63,649 bases of DNA, filler included, from Octopus bimaculoides (GCF_001194135.2; 5 parts of 4 records of this genome joined end to end with filler, not necessarily neighbours in it); one strand, 5' to 3'; positions 12,256 to 25,120 are shown, counted from the whole stretch's first letter. Translations and numbers: made by a program. The notes: generated by a model not told the origin, from the letters alone.

Positions 12256-12574
12256 AAAAGAAACAAGAAAATTGCAAAATTTGATGGCATCTTAACCGCC
12301 TAAAACTAAATATAACAAAGGGTAATTTGATGACTTCCATAAGTTGTGTTTGTTACAGATAGTGAAATAATAAGTTTTAAGGTCTAAAATGAAAGGAGTG
12401 GTGGGGGGCGATAACTGGTGTCTTAATTGATTAATTGATTAATAAGTCAATTAATTAGCTGATTCATTGGTTGTGCATACATGACATTGTATGATATAGA
12501 AACAGTTTCTCAATCCGTTCGAAACGTTCGTAAGTGAATAAAGTTAAGTAACGATATAATTCTTCATTCTTTGA

Positions 12575-12755
12575 TTGCTATGTATCTATGTATGTGTGTA
12601 TTATGTACGTATGTACGTATGTATGTATGTATGACTGTATATACATATGTATGTATGAATGTATGTATGTATGTATATATGTATGTATGTATGTACGTGT
12701 GTATATATATATATATATATATATGTTTGTACGTATATATGTATATTCGCGTAAT
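12575..12755. repeat. (TATG)n/(TA)n compound microsatellite
   Basis: Direct reading; a mirror-type (CATA)n tract lies at 13140-13265. Confidence 0.9.
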
Positions 12756-15568
12756 ATGGTAATTCACTTTACCACTAATACCAGTTCTTAGATTTAGGCT
12801 TCATTCAAACAAGAAAAGAGTCAAGAATGGTTTAGTATGCGTCTCGAGGAAAGTGAATGAAAGATGAAAGACATGAAAATTTTATATACACACATAACCA
12901 CAAACCACACAGACCCACATACACATAAACACATACACACACAATTACGTTGTGGATGAATCATTTTAAGCGTTTCAAAACACACAAAACAGTTTAGCTA
13001 TTTAAAAACACACTTTCTTCTGTGTTCTTAAATGGTTAAAATAATTCTTCCACGATATAATGTTTCAGTTTCGACACACAGTCTCAGATCAAGTAACTTG
13101 CTAAACAAGTAAAATTGAAGTGTATGTGTGTGCTATATTTATGTGTGTATATATATATATATATACATACGTAATGTGTGTACATACATACATACATACA
13201 TACATACATACATACATACATACATACGTGCGTACATACGTACGTACATACGTACGTACGTGCATACACACTGGAAACCTCTTGGAGATTAATTTTATTT
13301 TATTTCCCCACCTTTCCAGATTGTATATAATCAATAAAACGAAATTACGTGCCAATTTATTCCTTAGAGATTGTGTCCTTTCTGTACATTTTTATCGACA
13401 CAACTATCCTTCTTTTTAGATCAAACTGGCTTAATTGACTGTAAGTATAAATTACTTTTCTGTTTTATCTCATTACATTGCTCTATCTGTCATGCATATG
13501 AATAGTTTTCATTGCACTTTTTCATTTATTCTTATTTATTTTCACATCGTGGAAGCTGTTTTGATTTCGACAGGAATTTGTGTACTAAATTTGTATTTCT
13601 CTTTCAGAGATTTCCCTTAGGTATTTACAAGCGATCTGTTTCATTTTGCGACATATTAGCAGCATCGAGATTCCATTTAAAATCATTGCATCAATTAACA
13701 ATTCCTCTGTCTCTGATATTTAGATAAATGTTGATAAATAATCATATTAGTTTTTCTGAAGTATTTAATGTTTCACTATAGTTAATTAGATATAAGAACT
13801 GTTTAGACACAAGTATTTCGTTTAGGTAACTAACTTGTTTAAAAGGACTATCAGAACGACAATTACTATGGTGTTGTGAGTTGTTATTATTGGCAATAGT
13901 GTTAATACGTGGTGATGCTGGTGGTGGTGCTTAGAGTCGGTGCATTCGGCCTTGATTAAGCACATCTATGATCATATGAGTCCTTGACATCTTTCGGTCA
14001 GATATTTCATAGAGACTACATCTTCCCTTGTGTAACATTTTTCGAAAAATAGGATTGTTACAAATAACATATTTGCTTGATCTACGTGAAGTAGCTGACA
14101 AATCTCCCTCAAATAGCAACTTACTGTTTTAAAAAGAGAAAGACGCATCTAACAATGTTATAATGATTAAACAAAAGGACGGAGTCTTCAATACCAGAAC
14201 GTCTTTTATCCAAAACATATATGCAAAGAATGTTGATATGTCGTTCATATTTGTCAATGACGGTATCATGTCACTAGCATTAATATACTAATTTCGTCAT
14301 CGCATTTTTACCATCTTTTTCTTCGATGCCATCCTCATCACAGGGACAGAATCCAGATCATTTCATTATTCTCGCTGCTGACCTTCGATTAAACAATAAA
14401 AACACCAGCTATTACAATATAATTTTATCGATTAATTTATCATATTGCTTTTGCGTTAATCTTCCTTAAGTGAGAGATTAATTATCTTTATTTCGCTAAG
14501 GTCTGATTTAAATTCCTTCCTAAAGAAAAATTCAATAAAATAGTTACCTGACAAACAATTGGTGTTGAAATAATAATGTAAAGCCTTAAAACCTGTGTCC
14601 CACTATGATACAATTCAATAAGATTGATCAGTGCAAAAAGATATTGAAGCCAATTCTTCAGCATAGCCTTCATCGTGGTCAGTAAAACACACTAAATAAT
14701 TAGCATTACATTGTGCTTGACCTACGAAACATATCCCTAGGTGTCACCGTACCGCGAAAAACCAGATTCGTTTCACACCACATTCTATTTTGAGTTTATT
14801 TTATTCTTAAATTCATCTATGGTTATGACCCAGTATATTTTCGATGTTAGGTGTTCTTTTTACATATTTTCCAGTAATGATAGCAACAAAATGTCATTTG
14901 TCCTTATGGTCCTTGAAAATAAATATCCACTTGGGTTTATTGTTTCTGGTTCTTATGTTTTACCCCCACAACACATCCATCTCTATCAATCTCGATATGT
15001 TTTAAATTAGATTCTTCCGAAGTTTGCAGAATCTACACTTGATGTCAGTTGTTAGTTTCTGCTGTGTACAAAAGGAAATTAATCAGGATTTCTTGTTTCT
15101 TAGTGAGATATTGTATACTTGTTTTATAATGGCAAGATTGACTTGACCTTTTCCTTTCTGCCTAGTTGGCAAAATAAACAGGTGTGTGTTGATGAAGAAT
15201 CTATAACAATTTACGTAATTTCGAGTAAGTCTATATTGGATAACATGCATTCTCATCATTAGTTCTTCTGCTGTTAGTGATACCGTTTAGTTTGTTACAC
15301 TTCAACCAAAGTATGTTTAGCTTCACTAACCCTGGGTCTGAACTCACGCCTACAGCCTAACTTTTCACACCATTATCCTTTCACACTTAATGTTTATATT
15401 CGCAATCTTATTGGCCAGCACGACAACCATGTAGTGGAAATTAGGGAATTTAAACCTAACTTTACTTACGTGGTTTTTATATTCTTTCTTCATTAAAGGC
15501 TCTCACAGTCTTCCTTTCTAAGCTTGACCTACGGAAGTTATGGAAGCCCAGCATATGCAAAGATTCTT

Positions 15569-15733
15569 TCGGTCATCTTATCTTCAGTTTCTTTATTGCC
15601 CACAAGGGGCTAAACATAGAGGGGACAAACAAAGGGGTTAAGTCGATTACATCGACTCCAGTGCGTAACTGGTTCTTAATTTATCTACCCCGAAAGGATG
15701 AAAGGCAAAGTCGACCTCGGTCATCTTATCTTC
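15569..15733 (-). mobile_element. 5'-truncated SINE family A (tail type A) with 17-bp target-site duplication
   Basis: TCGGTCATCTTATCTTC at 15569-15585 and 15717-15733 brackets the SINE. Confidence 0.9.
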
Positions 15734-16648
15734 TTATGTCGCTTCCTGTCTATTATTTGACTGAGTTCCATAAGGGTTGTTGAGCTCACTTTGCCTTCCA
15801 TATGTGACCATCCATACCTGATTCCTTTTCTCTCTCCCTACGGATTACAGTTATACAAAGTTCTGTTCTTACATTCAGAGAGCAGCTACTTTCACCTTTA
15901 TATTCACTATCACGACTGCATGGGACGGAATACTTCTTATAGTCTTTATTTAGGAAAGATGTCTCACTCAGAAGATATCTCTTCTGAATACACGTCTGAT
16001 GTTGCATGGGCGGAAGATTTGAATTTTTCCGACATGCAGTGTGTATATACACATACATCATACAAAATTTCTAATGTCTATGCATCACAAACACACACAT
16101 ACACTATTAATATATGTGGTTGAAATTTATTTTCTAATGTTATTACTTGTGGAAAGAATAAAGAGTAGCTTCCAGCTATACACCTGTTATCAGGCTGAGT
16201 AAAAAGTAAGCAACTACTTTGCGTCCTTTTTTGAAGTTGAATAGCAAAAATGCTCAATATCGCGCTTTCACAGTTCCATTTCAGATGATTGTAACAATGG
16301 TGAAAAAAAATATTAATGTTAATTTATTGATGTATTCGGGCAAGTCTATGTCTGTGTTATCAAACAACTGCAAAAATATGTTTTAAAGAATTCAAAACTC
16401 TGCAAAAATCCGGTACAAATTCTTCATGATTCAAAACGTTGCTAACTTTTTACTCAACCTATCTCACAGATATTTCTAGAAACATTCAGATATACAATAA
16501 CTCATTTGAATTCGTTTTTTGTTTATCGTCTCAAAACGAAAGAACTTTGGTCGGGGCGTGGATGTGCAGACAGGTCATACGTTCAAAGCGAGGCTTCTCA
16601 AAATTATACGCATCAGACACATTTACAGTCTCATATAACTGAAGCCAA

Positions 16649-16686
<38 letters not shown>

Positions 16687-17020
16687 GTGTGAGGGGTGGG
16701 GGTCTGTGCACTATAAAACAAAGGAAACTAGGGATTAGGGTCTGACAACAACCTTCTTCACATGTGTAGCTTTGATGTCTTGATTTTACCAACATCCTAC
16801 ATAAGTAAAGAACAAAGACAGGAAATAATGAACAAACAAAAGTGTACTCAGACAAAAGCAGACAACAAAATTCCCTAGGAACACAGAGAACCGAAAATGC
16901 TACAAATCGAAGAAAAACAAGGATAACGACAACAGCAAAAATAATAAATACTAAATCACAGAAAAAATGCTACGAAAGAACAGTAAATGAATTAATCTCT
17001 CTTCCAACTCTTTCTCCCTC

Positions 17021-17022
17021 TG

Positions 17023-17104
<82 letters not shown>
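17021..17104. repeat. (CT)n microsatellite
   Basis: About 40 near-perfect CT units. Confidence 0.95.
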
Positions 17105-17107
<3 letters not shown>

Positions 17108-17159
17108 ATATGTATGTATACACACAAACGCACACACATATATGTATATTTATATGTAT

Positions 17160-17302
17160 GTTTATTTCCTCGTGTTCCTTTCTGTTGAAGAGCGTTGGCT
17201 CGAAACGTAAAAGACTTTCTCACTTTGCCGAGCGTCAAACTAATACACCTATTTGTTGTTTATACACCTGTCTTCGTCCTTTCTTTTTTTGTAAATTTCA
17301 AC
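17160..17302 (+). mobile_element. Solo Penelope-like terminal repeat (pLTR) containing a hammerhead-like motif
   Basis: Homologous along its length to 59700-59835(-), which is the 3' end of a GIY-YIG-coding Penelope fragment; ends GTAAATTTCAAC followed by (TA)n. Confidence 0.7.
17178..17213 (+). ncRNA. Minimal type I hammerhead-ribozyme-like motif with non-canonical core
   Basis: CTTT | CTGTTGA A | GAGC-gttg-GCTC | GAAA | CG TA | AAAG: 4-bp stem I, 4-bp stem II, ACGT palindromic stem III, putative GUA cleavage site; core position 6 is U rather than A. Confidence 0.55.
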
Positions 17303-17500
17303 TATATATATATATATATATATNNNNNNNNNNNNNNNNNNNNNNNNNNNNNNNNNNNNNNNNNNNNNNNNNNNNNNNNNNNNNNNNNNNNNNNNNNNNN
17401 NNNNNNNNNNNNNNNNNNNNNNNNNNNNNNNNNNNNNNNNNNNNNNNNNNNNNNNNNNNNNNNNNNNNNNNNNNNNNNNNNNNNNNNNNNNNATTATTAT

Positions 17501-17544
<44 letters not shown>

Positions 17545-17545
<1 letters not shown>

Positions 17546-18092
17546 AGCGGAGAGCTGGCAGAATCGTTAGCACGCCGAACAAAATATTTTGCCGTATTTC
17601 GCCCGTCGCTACGTTCTGTGTTCAAATTCTGCCGGGGTCGACGTTGCCTTTCGTCCTTTTAGGGTCGATAAAATAAGTACCAGTTGAACACTGGGGTCCA
17701 TGTAATCGACTCACCCCTCCCCAAAAACTGCTTCAAAATTTGAAGCCATTGTTATTAGCAGTAGTAGCAGTAGTGGTGTAGCGGCTGTGTTTGGACATTG
17801 TATTTCTCTTCGTATTTTGTACTTTGGTTGAAACACATGCACAAAAGCTCATTCATGCACACAAGCACACGCATAAATATACACACTTATATATTGGTTT
17901 CAAATATTGTCACAACGCCAGGAAATTGGTGGGAGGGGTCCAAATCGATTACATCGGTATTTATTTTATCGATCTCGAAAAGATTAAATGCAAAATCGAA
18001 TTCAGCCGAATTTGAACCCAAAACGTCAAGACGGATGAAACTCCGATAAGCATTTGCCTGGTGTGCTAACGATTCTGCCAACTGGGCGCCTT
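17545..18092. mobile_element. Two SINE family A copies, tail-to-tail (17545-17750 +, 17891-18092 -)
   Basis: Both match the family consensus; tail type C. Confidence 0.85.
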
Positions 18093-20289
18093 TTTTATAT
18101 TTAAACTCAAATGTTTTGCAAATCCGGAATTTACCCGTGATTTACGCTAACTTTAAGAATTTCTTCATTATTGTTTTGGTTTTATTTTTTTCACTGAGAT
18201 CAAGTCTATGAGATAATTCAATGAATAGTCTTTTTTTTTCTCTCTAAGTCAATTTTCCTTAATTTTTTACATCTTTTTAGATTACTTTTGTTTTAATTTT
18301 ATGCTTCAAACTTAAAAATTCATTAAGTTTCAAACTTAATGCACACATAATGTTGATAGGGCAGTTACTGCAGTATATGTGCTGGGATAACATTTCTTAC
18401 GGATTTACTGTTAGAAATACAATAAATATCAGAGGGAGATGAAATTTTATTCCAGCAGCAGCCAATGCGAGAGCGCCACCTACATTTCGTGGTTTTGGAG
18501 CCTTTTCAATACAGTATTTTTCCTGAGATAATATCTCTTATGGACTTGTACTGAAACCTCTATAAATATCAGAAAGAGACAGGCCAAAAATGGTCGATAT
18601 GCAACGGGCACTTTCGCTGACTGCTACTTTTTCCTCCTCCATAATGAACCCCGGTCCTTCTAGGGTAAAGGAATGTTTTCCTGTTTTCAAGAAAGACCCT
18701 AGAGAAATAACGATGAGTTCACGAAAGTAGTTGTGTGGATACTAAAAGCGGAGGCTCAAGAAAAGCGACCAGGCGCTACTTCTAATGGAAAGCTATCAAC
18801 CTATTTTATAAGACAGAGAAATCACAAGAAATTTTGCTGAATTGAAATATTGATTTAAAATATGTGAAACTTATAAGGACAAAAGCTGATTATTCAATGA
18901 TGAAATGATATACATATACATATACAAGTATTAATTGTCGAACAAAGATTACAGTTCTTTAGTATCATTAAGAAGACAGGTATAATGTCATGAAGCATTT
19001 TGTTCCTTAATAATGAAAAGCGAGAGGACGGCAATGTCTGATGTCCCTACATAGGGGCATGGAGGCAAGCAGGTTGGCATCTTTGAATCAGCTCTGGACA
19101 TGTAGCAGGAATAAGTAGAACTGAAGATCACATACCCATGAAATCGACACAAGTTCAACACGACATGAAGATACATAAAAACATCAAGTTACTTGAAAAC
19201 ATAGAATTTTCAAAGCTCAGCAATCACTGAGAACTGAGAATACAGTGATAACAATAAGCGAACGTGGAATATGAATACTACAAACTTAATATTAATTCAT
19301 CTGCTATAAATGGATTGACAGAATTGCAGAGTGACAGATAAAGGCAAAGCAGTTTCTCGACTTAAAAATGAGTTCACCAAAATCGGCGGTAAGTACTTTC
19401 GATTCTTCAATAAAAGAACGACTTCTACGTGGTTACATGACATGCATAAAATAGCAACCATATATCCTTCATGTGACCACACTGTCTTAAATGTGCAAAG
19501 AAATACATTACATTATGCAATTCTATATGCCACTAAGAGATCCAATGGCCACGTGCAAAATACTACAGCTCTGCACAACAACAAAGTTAGTTACAACAAT
19601 CTCTCAACTTTCCTCAATAATCTAATGTTCTACTTAAATAGTAACTAATAGCGACAGAAGCAGTATTAATACCAAAAGGTAATGTTTATTTCTCACTTAA
19701 AGTGCAGGTTATGTTAGAACACCAAATACTGCATTATTTATCACGAGAGTACCTCTCATATAGACGCACGGTGCATAAAAGCACACGTGTTTATATTGCT
19801 GGCATCGATCGCACATCCTTGAACGTTATCATATTTATTCGTTTCAACTGCTCTGATATATTTCCATGTTTTTATCTCCACCAAAGTAGCCAATCTGCCG
19901 TTGAACTCATCCAGCGACGTCTTTCCCACAGTACGAAATGTGCAGTTCAGCCTATAACAGAGAGTATTTGATAACCGTTACTTATCAGTGATGGCAGTGC
20001 TGTGCGATCGATGTCAAATACGATCAATGGATTAATTTTGAAAGAGAAGTGAGACATTCCGGCACTATTACCTTCAAACAGTATCTATATGCTCGATTCA
20101 TTAATATGGAACTCTCTCAAATTTGAATCTAAATTTGGCGATTTAACGTAAAGCGAGTTAGAATATTCTATGGTCGATGTACATCTAGCGAGACAAACTT
20201 ATATCTGCAAAACAAATTAAAATAAAAACATTTTATTTTAAAACTACATTGCATGACATCAGACATAACGCTGCTTCCCTATCAAGGGA

Positions 20290-20445
20290 TATTCTTTCGA
20301 ACTCTAGGTGCAAGGCCCGAAATTTTTGGGAAGGGGGTCAGTCGATTAGATCAATCCAGTACGAAAGGGACAGAACGTAAAGACAGACGAAACACCGCTA
20401 AGCATCTCACCCGGCGTGCTAACATTTCTGCCAGCTCACCGCCTT
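20290..20445 (-). mobile_element. SINE family A, internally deleted, tail type B
   Basis: Head (ccggcgtgctaac..ccagctcaccgcctt) and tail are present; the central domain is missing. Confidence 0.75.
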
Positions 20446-21474
20446 CTATCAATAAATATTCTGAAAAGCAATGTTTATAAACATCACATTTCACTAATGT
20501 CGATGATACGATTAAGATTTTCGCACCTTAATACTTCACTATTTCTATTCTAATCACCCACCAATTTGTTATATCTTAGTATTTTCTCCAACTTTTATGG
20601 AGCAGAAACAACAATTCTGAATGATTCATACAAAATGCCTTTCAGTCGTGGAGTGATTCCATCAACTTCTGTAGCCAATAAATCAGCTTTTGGGGAAAAC
20701 TTTAGATTACATATTGGTCGTGACACGGCTGATAATGTAATGTGTGCATTGCACCGATACTAAAGTGGCAGTAATAAGATTAGCTAGAACGACTTCCATT
20801 GTCTTTAGCCCTCGGTTTAATGATCCATATCACTATGACATTGTGTGAGTTGCAGTCAAAATCAAACGTAAACCTACCGTAAAATGGGATTTCGTAGTTC
20901 ACCTTTAACCTTAGCCCCCTTTTATTTCACTATCACTCCTTCTTTGATGATATAAAACTTCTCTCTTTGGCCCTGTACTCACCTTCTTCTTTCCCCTTTT
21001 TTTGTTTTGTTTTTTTTGTTTTGAGGGAGGGTTTGCTTATATTCTTTTGTTCAGCATAAAAACTATAATAGACCATAATTCTGGATAATAAAATACTTCA
21101 AATGTTCCGATACATATCTGTAGGTATGTATGTGTCCGTCTGTATATATATACATATGTGTGCGTATATATGCGAGGCGGGTATATGTTTGTCCATCCGT
21201 ATATGCATACATATGTATGTATATATATAAGTTTGCGCATGTGTTTGTGTGTCACCATCCGTGTATGTTTGTATACGTGTGTGTGCGTGTGTGTGCGTGT
21301 GTGTGTGTGTGCGCATGCTTATATTATACCCACCAGCAAACCTATAGCGATATGTAGCAGAGTCCCATCAACGATTATGGCAGCATTTAAACAATTAAGT
21401 AACGTAAACTGTTAGCTTACATATGACTCACCTTTAAATATTCCTACATTTTCGAAATGTCTATGTAATTATAA

Positions 21475-21530
<56 letters not shown>

Positions 21531-22061
21531 NNNNNNNNNNNNNNNNNNNNNNNNNNNNNNNNNNNNNNNNNNNNNNNNNNNNNNNNNNNNNNNNNNNNNN
21601 NNNNNNNNNNNNNNNNNNNNNNNNNNNNNNNNNNNNNNNNNNNNNNNNNNNNNNNNNNNNNNNNNNNNNNNNNNNNNNNNNNNNNNNNNNNNNNNNNNNN
21701 NNNNNNNNNNNNNNNNNNNNNNNNNNNNNNNNNNNNNNNNNNNNNNNNNNNNNNNNNNNNNNNNNNNNNNNNNNNNNNNNNNNNNNNNNNNNNNNNNNNN
21801 NNNNNNNNNNNNNNNNNNNNNNNNNNNNNNNNNNNNNNNNNNNNNNNNNNNNNNNNNNNNNNNNNNNNNNNNNNNNNNNNNNNNNNNNNNNNNNNNNNNN
21901 NNNNNNNNNNNNNNNNNNNNNNNNNNNNNNNNNNNNNNNNNNNNNNNNNNNNNNNNNNNNNNNNNNNNNNNNNNNNNNNNNNNNNNNNNNNNNNNNNNNN
22001 NNNNNNNNNNNNNNNNNNNNNNNNNNNNNNNNNNNNNNNNNNNNNNNNNNNNNNNNNNNNN

Positions 22062-22112
<51 letters not shown>

Positions 22113-23174
22113 ATGTATATATATATATATATATGCATATGTGTATATATAGTATATATAGTTTTTTATTGCTCGACCTCTTTCACACAAAATCTATACT
22201 TTTTAATGTGAAAAAAATTAATAACATAAAAGAACGCATAGAATCAAGCATTATACACCTTGTTCTATGCAGCACTGAACACTGCTTAACAGTGAGTAGT
22301 TACCAGTGTAATATAAAATTACTGAAAGATAATCAATTGGATCACGTGCTCCTATAAGAATTCTATGAGAATAGAATAATGCAATCAGAAGAAGAAAATG
22401 AGATAAGCGTATCAAACAAAAAGTCGTACGCCATTATACTCAATTTTTCTAGTTCTTTGTCTGCAACAAATTGAAAAAGGAAAAAAGTATGCTTATGTTT
22501 GATTTACTTACTTAGTATTTAGTTCTACATTTTGTTATTTTTTTTATTTTTATCTCTAAAAACTGACGTCGTATTTCGGCTTTTCGTGTAGAACCTTTTA
22601 TACTTGCTATTTAATCGAGAAAGAAAGAAATGGTATAGAGCGAATATATTTATTAACTGCTGAAAATAATATATATATATATATATATATATATTATGAT
22701 CTACAGTTCTGAACAAAGATAAATTGTTAAACTGCCGTCACATTTTTTTTTTAATGTTCCCCATTTCTTTTACATTTATTTTTGCATTTATATTTGTTAT
22801 AAGATTATCATTTTTTTTTCAATATTTGCTTTACTGTTAAAATATTACGGCTTTAGGTTCTTTTTCCTTTCTCATAAAAGCATAAATGAATGAAAGAAGG
22901 AATAAATTTAACGGTAATATACGAATTTCCCATTAATTGTGAATAATAGCGTTACATGGCGTATGCGCTCTTTTCAATCATCGGAATAAGTAAAACTGTT
23001 TGGTGCTGCATGACTGACTCATTAATCCATTTTTTATCAATATTCTCGGGAGTTTATTACACAATATATACTTCCTTCGAATCAATATAATGTAACATCA
23101 GTTTTATTCGCAATACGATCCGAAATTTATCTTAAAGTTGTTTGTTTATTATGTTTCATGAAATGCTTTCTTAT

Positions 23175-23540
23175 ATTGGTTTCAAATTTTGCCACAAGGC
23201 CAGAAACTTTTAGGGAGAGGGCGTAAATCGATTAGACTGACCCAAGTGTTCAACTGGTACTTATTTTACCGACCCCCAAAAGGATGAAAAGCAAAGTTAA
23301 CCTAGACGGAATTTGAACGCAGAACGTAAGGACGGACGAAATGTCGCGAAACTTTTTGACCGGTGTGCTAACGACTCTGCCACCTCCCCGCCTTAGTCCA
23401 AAATAAATAGTCGTTTCTACTCTAAGCACAAGGCTCAAAATTTTGGGGGTGGGGACCAGTCGCTATGATCGACCCCAGCACGCAACTGGTACTTAATTTA
23501 TCGACCCCGAAAGGATGAAAGGCAAAGTCGACCTCGGCGG
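23175..23540 (-). mobile_element. Two tandem SINE family A copies (tail C full length; tail B 5'-truncated)
   Basis: Both contain ttt..cgacccc..aaggatgaaa.gcaaagt. Confidence 0.85.
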
Positions 23541-24044
23541 AGTCCATAATAAATATTACAAGCAATAGAAAGTCAAATGAACAGACACCGGAAATAACAT
23601 ACTTGAGATACTGACAAAGAGAAAACTTGAAAAAAACGAAGTAGAAGTGAAAAGAAATAATTTGAAACACACTAAATTTATGAAATATTATTATCAAAAC
23701 CAGAAGAAATATTAAACTAATATGTATAGTTGCCTTTAATATATAGAGTGGAATCAAGGACATAAAAGAATTATCAATTAGATTAGAAGCTTTTGAAATG
23801 TGATCGTATAGAAGACTTTTGAGAATACCATGGACAAAATACAAATCATTTATAAATTTCTAATGGAAAAAATAAATAAATAAATAAAAAGAAATTATTA
23901 GATACCACAAAAAATTTGTTTTGGATATTTAATTAAAATGATAGCAGTAGCAATATTAATTGAACCAAGCATATTAATAAGACTATCAGCTGCGGCAATA
24001 CCGTCTACCTTACTAAGAACAAGATGACGACCACCACCTACACG

Positions 24045-24556
24045 TACGAGGTCTGGTCGAAAAGTGTTGGGACTGTTGCTATGGTAACGAAGCTAAAGTA
24101 CGCAGAATGAAGCCATGTTGCGCATTCACACAACTTTATAACGTTCTCGCTCACTTCCATTGTTTATAGCAATGCTTGGAAGTAAAGTGCGTAGCGTGTG
24201 GTCGTCTCAAAAAGATAGGGTTTCAGTTGCAGAGGATCCCCCTCGTTGTGTCGAGGAAGACGAAGAATTTTTGAAAATGGTCATAGCAGGTGACCCTGAA
24301 ACCAAGGGTCAGTCTTCGCAGTAGAAGACTAGACACCAAGATTTCAAGACATCGAAGAAATTCAAGAGAATCTGACCAGGCAGCTGCTCGCTATCTCCCA
24401 AAAGTTACAGGAATACTTCCAACCATGGAAAAGACGCTGAGTAAAGTGTTTAGCTTCAGAAGGAGACCACTTCGAAGGAGATTAAATACCGAATTGTTAT
24501 GTGCTTAGTTTTCTTTTTAGAGCACCAATCCCGATACTGTTTGATCACGTCTTGGA
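24045..24556 (+). mobile_element. Internally deleted mariner (non-autonomous)
   Basis: TA plus TIR TACGAGGTCTGGTCGAAAAGTGTTGGGACTG and matching right end CAATCCCGATACTGTTTGATCACGTCTTGG; residual EDEEFLKMVIAGD/PETKGQSSQ and F.PWKRR*VKCLASEGDHFEGD*. Confidence 0.8.
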
Positions 24557-24574
24557 TTCAGAAGCCAAATGGAT

Positions 24575-25120
24575 ATACGGCGGAATTTGAACTCAGAGCG
24601 TAACGGCAGACGAAATACCACTAAGCATTTCGCCCGGTGTGCTAACGATTCTGCCCGCTCGCCGCCATAAACAAATAAAATATTTATTTCTTTATTGCCC
24701 ACAAGGGGACAAACAAGGACAGACAAAGGGATTAAGTCGATTACATCGACCCCAGTGCGTAACTGGTACTTATTTAATCGAACCCGAAATGATGAAAAGC
24801 AAAGTCGACCTCGGCGGAATTTGAACTCAGAACGTAGCGACAGACGAAGTACCGCTAAGTATTTCTCCCGGCGTGCTAACGTTTCTTATTTCTTTACTTC
24901 CCACAAGGGGCTACACACAGAGGGGACAAACAAGGACAGACAAAGGGATTAAGTCGATTATATCGACCCCAGTGCGTAACTGGTACTTATTAATCGACCC
25001 CGAAAAGATGAACGGCAAAGTCGACCTCGGCGGAATTTGAACTCAGAACGTAGCGACAGACGAAGTACCGCTAAGTATTTCGCCCGGCGTGCTAACGTTT
25101 CTGCCAGCTCGCCGCCTTAA
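24575..25120 (-). mobile_element. Three head-to-tail SINE family A copies (tail type A)
   Basis: Head-only copy 24575-24668, copy 24680-24885 truncated at the A box, full copy 24886-25120. Confidence 0.9.

Noticed and set aside
14548-14692. Possible minus-strand exon (CVLLTTMKAMLKNW...PIVCQ | GTAACT)
   Set aside because: Its phase is incompatible with the 13931-14123 candidate and no motif is recognisable.
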